Positions 57,001-64,000 of a stretch of DNA of 64,000 nt are shown here, piece by piece; within the stretch, counting starts at the first letter, position 1; the number at the start of each line of letters is the position of its first letter. Source of the DNA: Eledone cirrhosa (lineage: Eukaryota); the NCBI GenBank assembly GCA_964016885.1, contig CAXHJY010001477.1, forward strand, positions 372,001 to 436,000. Direction: 5' to 3'. Below the pieces are notes generated by a model. The model saw nothing but the letters and a program-made list of their open reading frames with translations, searched no databases and was not told the origin of the DNA. A program made the position numbers and the translations under genes.

Positions 57001-57895
57001 GTTTCTTAAATTAATCTATCACCCCAAGAAGGATAAATCACGTCTGAGTTTCTTAAATTAATCTATCACCTGAAGAAGGGTAAATCACACCCGAGTTTGT
57101 TAACATAATCTATCACCTGAAGAAGGATAAATCACACCTGAGTTTGTTAAATTAATCTATCACCTGAAGAAGGATAAATCACGTCTGAGTTTCTTAAATT
57201 AATCTATCACCTGAAGAAGGATAAATCACACCCAAGTTTGTTAACTTAATCTATCACCCGAAGAAGGATAAATCACACCTGAGTTTCTTAAATTAATCTA
57301 TCACCTGAAGACGGATAAATAACACCCGAGTTTCTTAAATTAATCTATCACCTGAAGAAGGATAAATCACACCTGAGTTTCTTAAATTAATCAATCACCT
57401 GAAGAAGTATAAATCACACCAGAGTTTCTTAAATTAATCTATCACCTGAAGGATAAATCACACCTGAGTTTCTTAAATTAATCTATCACCTGAAGAAGGA
57501 GAAATCACACCCAAGTTTGTTAACTTAATCTATCACCTGAAGAAGGATAAATCACACCTGAGTTTGTTAAATTAATCTATCACCTGAAGAAGCATAAATC
57601 ACACCCGAGTTTGTTAAATTAATCTATCACATGAAGACGGATAAATAACACCCGAGTTTCTTAAATTAATCTATCACCTGAAGAAGGATAAATCACACCC
57701 GAGTTTTTTATATTAATCTATCACCTGAAGAAGGAGAAATCACACCCGAGTTTGTTAACATAATCTATCACCTGAAGAAAGATAAATCACACCTGAGTCT
57801 CTGAAATTAATCTATCACCTGAAGGAGAATAAATCACACCTGAGTTTCTTAAATTAGTCTATCACCTGAAGAAGGATAAATCACACCAGAGTTTC
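54040..57895 (+). repeat. Copy of ~39090-42945 (offset 14,950 bp)
   Basis: TTAACTAATC at 39141/54091, CTCAAGAAGG at 40191/55141, CACACCTAAG at 40631/55581, GAAGCAGGAT at 41511/56461 and TATGACCTGA at 41691/56641. Confidence 0.88.
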
Positions 57896-59219
57896 TTAAA
57901 TTAATCTATCACCTCAAGAAGGATAAATCACACCTGAGTTTCTTAAATTAATCTATCACCTGAAGAAGGATAAATAACATCTGAGTTTCTTAAAATTAAT
58001 CTGTCACCTGAAGAAGGATAAATAACACCTGACTTTGTTAAATTAATCTATCACCTGAAGAAGTATAAATCACACCAGAGTTTCTTTAATTAATCTATCA
58101 CCTGAAGAAGGATAAATCACACCTGAGTTTGTTAAATTAATCTATCACATGAAGACGGATAAATAACACCCGAGTTTCTTAAATTAATCTATCACCTGAA
58201 GAAGGATAAATCACACCCGAGTTTTTTATATTAATCAATCACCTGAAGAAGCATAAATCACACCCGAGTTTGTTAAATTAATCTATCACCTGAAGAAGGA
58301 GAAATCACACCCGAGTTTGTTAACATAATCTATCACCTGAAGAAGGATAAATCACACCTGAGTTTCTGAAATTAATCTATCACCTGAAGAAGTATAAATC
58401 ACACCAGAGTTTCTTTAATTAATCTATCACCTGAAGAAGGATAAATCACACCTGAGTTTATTAAATTAATCTATCACCTGAAGATGGATAAATAACACCT
58501 GAGTTTATTAAATTAATCTATCATCTGAAGAAGGATAAATCACACCTGAGTTTGTTAAATTAATCTATCACATGAAGACGGATAAATAACACCCGAGTTT
58601 CTTAAATTAATCTATCACCTGAAGAAGGATAAATCACACCCGAGTTTTTTATATTAATCAATCACCTGAAGAAGCATAAATCACACCAGAGTTTCTTAAA
58701 TTAATCTATCACCCCAAGAAGGATAAATCACGTCTGAGTTTCTTAAATTAATCTATCACCTGAAGAAGGACAAATCACACCCGAGTTTGTTAACATAATC
58801 TATCACCTGAAGAAGGATAAATCACGTCTGAGTTTCTTAAATTAATCTATCACCTGAAGAAGGATAAATCACACCCAAGTTTGTTAACTTAATCTATCAC
58901 CCGAAGAAGGATAAATCACACCTGAGTTTCTTAAATTAATCTATCACCTGAAGACGGATAAATAACACCCGAGTTTCTTAAATTAATCTATCACCTGAAG
59001 AAGGATAAATCACACCTGAGTTTCTTAAATTAATCAATCACCTGCAGAAGTATAAATCACACCAGAGTTTCTTAAATTAATCTATCACCTGAAGGATAAA
59101 TCACACCTGAGTTTCTTAAATTAATCTATCACCTGAAGAAGGAGAAATCACACCCAAGTTTGTTAACTTAATCTATCACCTGAAGAAGGATAAATCACAC
59201 CTGAGTTTGTTAAATTAAT

Positions 59220-59875
59220 CTATCACCTGAAGAAGAATAAATCACACCTGAGTTTCTTAAATTAATCTATCACCTGAAGAAGGATAAATCACACCTGAGT
59301 TTCTTAAATTAATCTATCACCTGAAGAAGGATAAATCACACCTGAGATTCTGAAATTAATCTATCACCTGAAGAAGGATGAATCACAGCGGAGTTTGTTA
59401 AATTAATCTGTCACCTGAAGAAGGACAAATTACACCTGAGTTTGTTAAATTAATCAATCACCTGAAGAAGGATAACTCACACCTGAGTTTCTTACATTAA
59501 TCTATTGCCTGAATAAGGATAAATAACACCTGAGTTTCTTAAATTAATCTATCACCTGAAGAAGAATAAATCACACCTGAGTTTCTTAAATTAATCTATC
59601 ACCTGAAGAAGGATAAATCACACCTGAGTTTCTTAAATTAATCTATCACCTGAAGAAGGATAAATCACACCTGAGATTCTGAAATTAATCTATCACCTGA
59701 AGAAGGATGAATCACAGCGGAGTTTGTTAAATGAATCTGTCACCTGAAGAAGGATAAATCACACCTGAGTTTGTTAAATTAATCTAACACCTGAAGACGG
59801 ATAAACAACAGCTGAGTTTCTTAAATTAATCAATCACATAAAGAAGGGTAAATCACACCTGAGTTTCTGAAATTA
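59220..59875 (+). repeat. Island of a divergent monomer subfamily with a 7-mer (329 bp) HOR
   Basis: Variants not seen earlier in the window: GAGATTCTGA, AATCACAGCGG, GATAACTCAC, CTTACATTAATCTATTGCCTGAATAAG, AAACAACAGCTG and CACATAAAGAAGGG. CTGAGATTC at 59342/59671 is offset 329 = 7x47. Confidence 0.88.
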
Positions 59876-62800
59876 ATCTATCACCTGAAGAAGGATAAAT
59901 CACACCCGAGTTTTTTATATTAATCAATCACCTGAAGAAGCATAAATCACACCCGAGTTTGTTAAATTAATCTATCACCTGAAGAAGGAGAAATCACACC
60001 CGAGTTTGTTAACATAATCTATCACCTGAAGAAAGATAAATCACACCTGAGTCTCTGAAATTAATCTATCACCTGAAGGAGAATAAATCACACCTGAGTT
60101 TCTTAAATTAGTCTATCACCTGAAGAAGGATAAATCACACCAGAGTTTCTTAAATTAATCTATCACCTCAAGAAGGATAAATCACACCTGAGTTTCTTAA
60201 ATTAATCTATCACCTGAAGAAGGATAAATAACATCTGAGTTTCTTAAAATTAATCTATCACCTGAAGAAGGATAAATAACACCTGACTTTGTTAAATTAA
60301 TCTATCACCTGAAGAAGTATAAATCACACCAGAGTTTCTTTAATTAATCTATCACCTGAAGAAGGATAAATCACACCTGAGTTTGTTAAATTAATCTATC
60401 ACATGAAGACGGATAAATAACACCCGAGTTTCTTAAATTAATCTATCACCTGAAGAAGGATAAATCACACCCGAGTTTTTTATATTAATCAATCACCTGA
60501 AGAAGCATAAATCACACCCGAGTTTGTTAAATTAATCTAGCACCTGAAGAAGGAGAAATCACACCCGAGTTTGTTAACATAATCTATCACCTGAAGAAGG
60601 ATAAATCACACCTGAGTTTCTGAAATTAATCTATCACCTGAAGGAGAATAAATCACACCTGAGTTTCTTAAATTAGTCTATCACCTGAAGAAGGATAAAT
60701 CACACCAGAGTTTGTTAACATAATCTATCACCTGAAGAAGGATAAATCACGTCTGAGTTTCTTAAATTAATCTATCACCTGAAGAAGTATAAATCACACC
60801 AGAGTTTCTTTAATTAATCTATCACCTGAAGAAGGATAAATCACACCTGAGTTTATTAAATTAATCTATCACCTGAAGATGGATAAATAACACCTGAGTT
60901 TATTAAATTAATCTATCATCTGAAGAAGGATAAATCACACCTGAGTTTCTTAAATTAATCTATCACCTGAAGAAGGATAAATCACACCCGAGTTTCTTAT
61001 ATTAATCAATCACCTGAAGAAGCATAAATCACACCCGAGTTTGTTAAATTAATCTATCACCTGAAGAAGGAGAAATCACACCCGAGTTTGTTAACATAAT
61101 CTATCACCTGAAGAAGGATAAATCACACCTGAGTCTCTGAAATTAATCTATCACCTGAAGGAGAATAAATCACACCTGAGTTTCTTAAATTAGTCTATCA
61201 CCTGAAGAAGGATAAATCACACCAGAGTTTCTTAAATTAATCTATCACCTGAAGAAGGATAAATCACACCTGAGTTTCTTAAATTAATCTATCACCTGAA
61301 GAAGGATAAATAACATCTGAGTTTCTTAAAATTAATCTATCACCTGAAGAAGGATAAATAACACCTGACTTTGTTAAATTAATCTATCACCTGAAGAAGT
61401 ATAAATCACACCAGAGTTTCTTTAATTAATCTATCACCTGAAGCAGGATAAATCACACCTGAGTTTGTTAAATTAATCTATCACATGAAGACGGATAAAT
61501 AACACCCGAGTTTCTTAAATTAATCTATCACTTGAAGAAGGATAAATCACACCCGAGTTTTTTATATTAATCAATCACCTGAAGAAACATAAATCACACC
61601 CGAGTTTGTTAAATTAATCTATCACCTGAAGAAGGAGAAATCACACCCGAGTTTGTTAACATAATCTATCACCTGAAGAAGGATAAATCACACCTGAGTT
61701 TCTGAAATTAATCTATCACCTGAAGGAGAATAAATCACACCTGAGTTTCTTAAATTAGTCCATCACCTGAAGAAGGATAAATCACACCAGAGTTTCTTAA
61801 ATTAATCTATCACCTGAAGAAGTATAAATTACACCAGAGTTTCTTAAATTAATCTATCACCCCAAGAAGGATAAATCACGTCTGAGTTTCTTAAATTAAT
61901 CTATCACCTGAAGAAGGATAAATCACACCCGAGTTTGTTAACATAATCTATCACCTGAAGAAGGATAAATCACGTCTGAGTTTCTTAAATTAATCTATCA
62001 CCTGAAGAAGGATAAATCACACCCAAGTTTGTTAACTTAATCTATCACCCGAAGAAGGATAAATCACACCTGAGTTTCTTAAATTAATCTATCACCTGAA
62101 GACGGATAAATAACACCCGAGTTTCTTAAATTAATCTATCACCTGAAGAAGGATAAATCACACCTGAGTTTCTTAAATTAATCAATCACCTGAAGAAGTA
62201 TAAATCACACCAGAGTTTCTTAAATTAATCTATCACCTGAAGGATAAATCACACCTGAGTTTCTTAAATTAATCTATCACCTGAAGAAGGAGAAATCACA
62301 CCCAAGTTTGTTAACTTAATCTATCACCTGAAGAAGGATAAATCACACCTGAGTTTGTTAAATTAATCTATCACCTGAAGAAGCATAAATCACACCCGAG
62401 TTTGTTAAATTAATCTATCACCTGAAGAAGGATAAATCACACCTGAGTTTGTTAAATTAATCTATCACCTGAAGAAGGATAAATCACACCTGAGTTTATT
62501 AAATTAATCTATCACCTGAAGATGTATAAATAACACCTGAGTTTATTAAATTAATCTATCACCTGAAGAAGGATAAATCACACCTGAGTTTGTTAAATTA
62601 GTCTATCACATGAAGACGGATAAATAACACCCGAGTTTCTTAAAATTAATCTATCACCTGAAGAAGGATAAATCACACCCGAGTTTTTCATATTAATCAA
62701 TCATCTGAAGAAGCATAAATCACACCCGAGTTTGTTAAATTAATCTATCACCTGAAGAAGGATAATTCACACCTGAGTTTCTGAAATTAATCTATCACCT

Positions 62801-63164
62801 GAAGGAGAATAAATCACACCTGAGTTTCTTAAATTAATCTATCACCTGAAGAAGGATAAATCACACCAGAGTTTCTTAAATTAATCTATCACCTGAAGAA
62901 GGATAAATCACACCTGAGTTTGTTAAATTAATCAATCACCTGAAGAAGTATAAATCACACCAGAGTTTCTTAAATTAATCTATCACCTGAATAAGGATAA
63001 ATCACGTCTGAGTTTGTTAAATTAATCAATCACCTGAAGAAGGATAAATCACACCCAAGTTTGTTAACTTAATCTATCACCTGAAGAAGGATAAATCACA
63101 CCTGAGTTTGTTAAATTAATCTATCACCTGAAGAAGGATAAATCACACCTGAGTTTCTTAAATT

Positions 63165-64000
63165 AATCTATCACCCGAAGAAGGATAAATTACACCTGAG
63201 TTTGTTGAATTAATCAATCACCTGAAGAAGGATAACTCACACCTGAGTTTCTTACATTAATCTATTGCCTGAATAAGGATAAATAACACCTGAGTTTGTT
63301 AAATTAATCTATCACCTGAAGAAGAATAAATCACACCTGAGTTTCTTAAATTAATCTATCACCTGAAGAAGGATAAATCACACCTGAGTTTCTTAAATTA
63401 ATCTATCACCTGAAGAAGGATAAATCACACCTGAGATTCTGAAATTAATCTATCACCTGAAGAAGGATAAATCACAGCGGAGTTTGTTAAATTAATCTGT
63501 CACCTGAAGAAGGATAAATTACACCTGAGTTTGTTAAATTAATCAATCACCTGAAGAAGGATAACTCACACCTGAGTTTCTTACATTAATCTATTGCCTG
63601 AATAAGGATAAATAACACCTGAGTTTCTTAAATTAATCTATCACCTGAAGAAGAATAAATCACACCTGAGTTTCTTAAATTAATCTATCACCTGAAGAAG
63701 GATAAATCACACCTGAGTTTCTTAAATTAATCTATCACCTGAAGAAGGATAAATCACACCTGAGATTCTGAAATTAATCTATCACCTGAAGAAGGATGAA
63801 TCACAGCGGAGTTTGTTAAATTAATCTGTCACCTGAAGAAGGATAAATCACACCTGAGTTTGTTAAATTTATCTAACACCTGAAGACGGATAAACAACAG
63901 CTGAGTTTCTTAAATTAATCAATCACATAAAGAAGGGTAAATCACACCTGAGTTTCTGAAATTAATCTATCACCTGAAGAAGGATAAATCACACCGAGTC
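63165..64000 (+). repeat. Second block of the divergent 7-mer (329 bp) subfamily, reaching almost to the window end
   Basis: TCTATTGCC at 63261/63590 and CTGAGATTC at 63431/63760 (offset 329). It ends with the same AACACC...ACAGCTG...CACATAAAG series as 59780-59850. Confidence 0.88.

Larger units (their letters stand above)
1..64000 (+). repeat. Satellite DNA array, 47-bp monomer, ~1,360 head-to-tail copies, open at both window ends
   Basis: TAATCTATCA starts at 4, 51, 98 and so on (period 47) and continues to the last line. Consensus TAATCTATCACCTGAAGAAGGATAAATCACACCTGAGTTT(C/G)TTAAAT; most monomers differ from it by 0-4 substitutions. No inverted copies or non-repeat interruptions were seen. 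Confidence 0.99.

Noticed and set aside
1-64000. CRISPR array (47-bp periodic repeat)
   Set aside because: There are no unique spacers: the whole period is conserved and differs only by point variants. No leader or cas genes are present.
1-64000. Protein-coding tandem repeat or long ORF on either strand
   Set aside because: 47 is not a multiple of 3. Each consensus monomer has five + strand stops (TAA at 1, 23, 43; TGA at 13, 34) and five - strand stops, so every frame closes within about two monomers.
1-64000. Telomeric repeats, CENP-B box or G-quadruplex motifs
   Set aside because: I saw no TTAGGG/TTAGG-type units, no TTCG....A..CGGG box and no G-run clusters.
1-64000. Transposon, rDNA, tRNA or other unique insertion; array inversion
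   Set aside because: I saw no non-monomer sequence, target-site duplication or reverse-complement monomer (CAGGTGATAGATTA) when reading the whole window.
1-64000. Variant order as an encoded message, or a synthetic/rolling-circle concatemer artefact
   Set aside because: The variant pattern is explained by nested duplications with inherited markers. Sequencing or RCA artefacts would give random errors or one fixed period, though individual near-identical duplications could still be misassemblies.

Overview
The whole 64 kb window is one uninterrupted, head-to-tail satellite DNA array. The monomer is 47 bp and AT-rich (consensus TAATCTATCACCTGAAGAAGGATAAATCACACCTGAGTTTSTTAAAT, 15/47 = ~32% GC), about 1,360 copies, all in one orientation. 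I found no genes, RNA genes, transposon insertions or CRISPR spacers, and cannot identify the organism; the organisation is typical of eukaryotic centromeric, pericentromeric or subtelomeric heterochromatin. The structure is hierarchical. The monomer looks like a diverged dimer with two CACCTGA cores 21/26 bp apart. Variant monomers form an irregular higher-order repeat (HOR), typically a 37-mer of 1,740 bp (23+14 monomers). Nested multi-kb duplications can be traced with rare marker variants (offsets 987, 1,552, 2,635, 3,691, 3,763, 5,099, 5,757, 5,829, 9,073, 9,100 and 14,950 bp). A distinct 7-mer (329 bp) subfamily appears near the right end. Other signals are a microhomology-mediated 21-bp deletion monomer, recurrent CpG/TpG/CpA variant sets suggesting methylation, and a perfect T-box half-site overlapping an E2-box in most monomers. 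I do not see evidence for a new gene-based biological system. Duplication boundaries were read by eye and are approximate to about one monomer.
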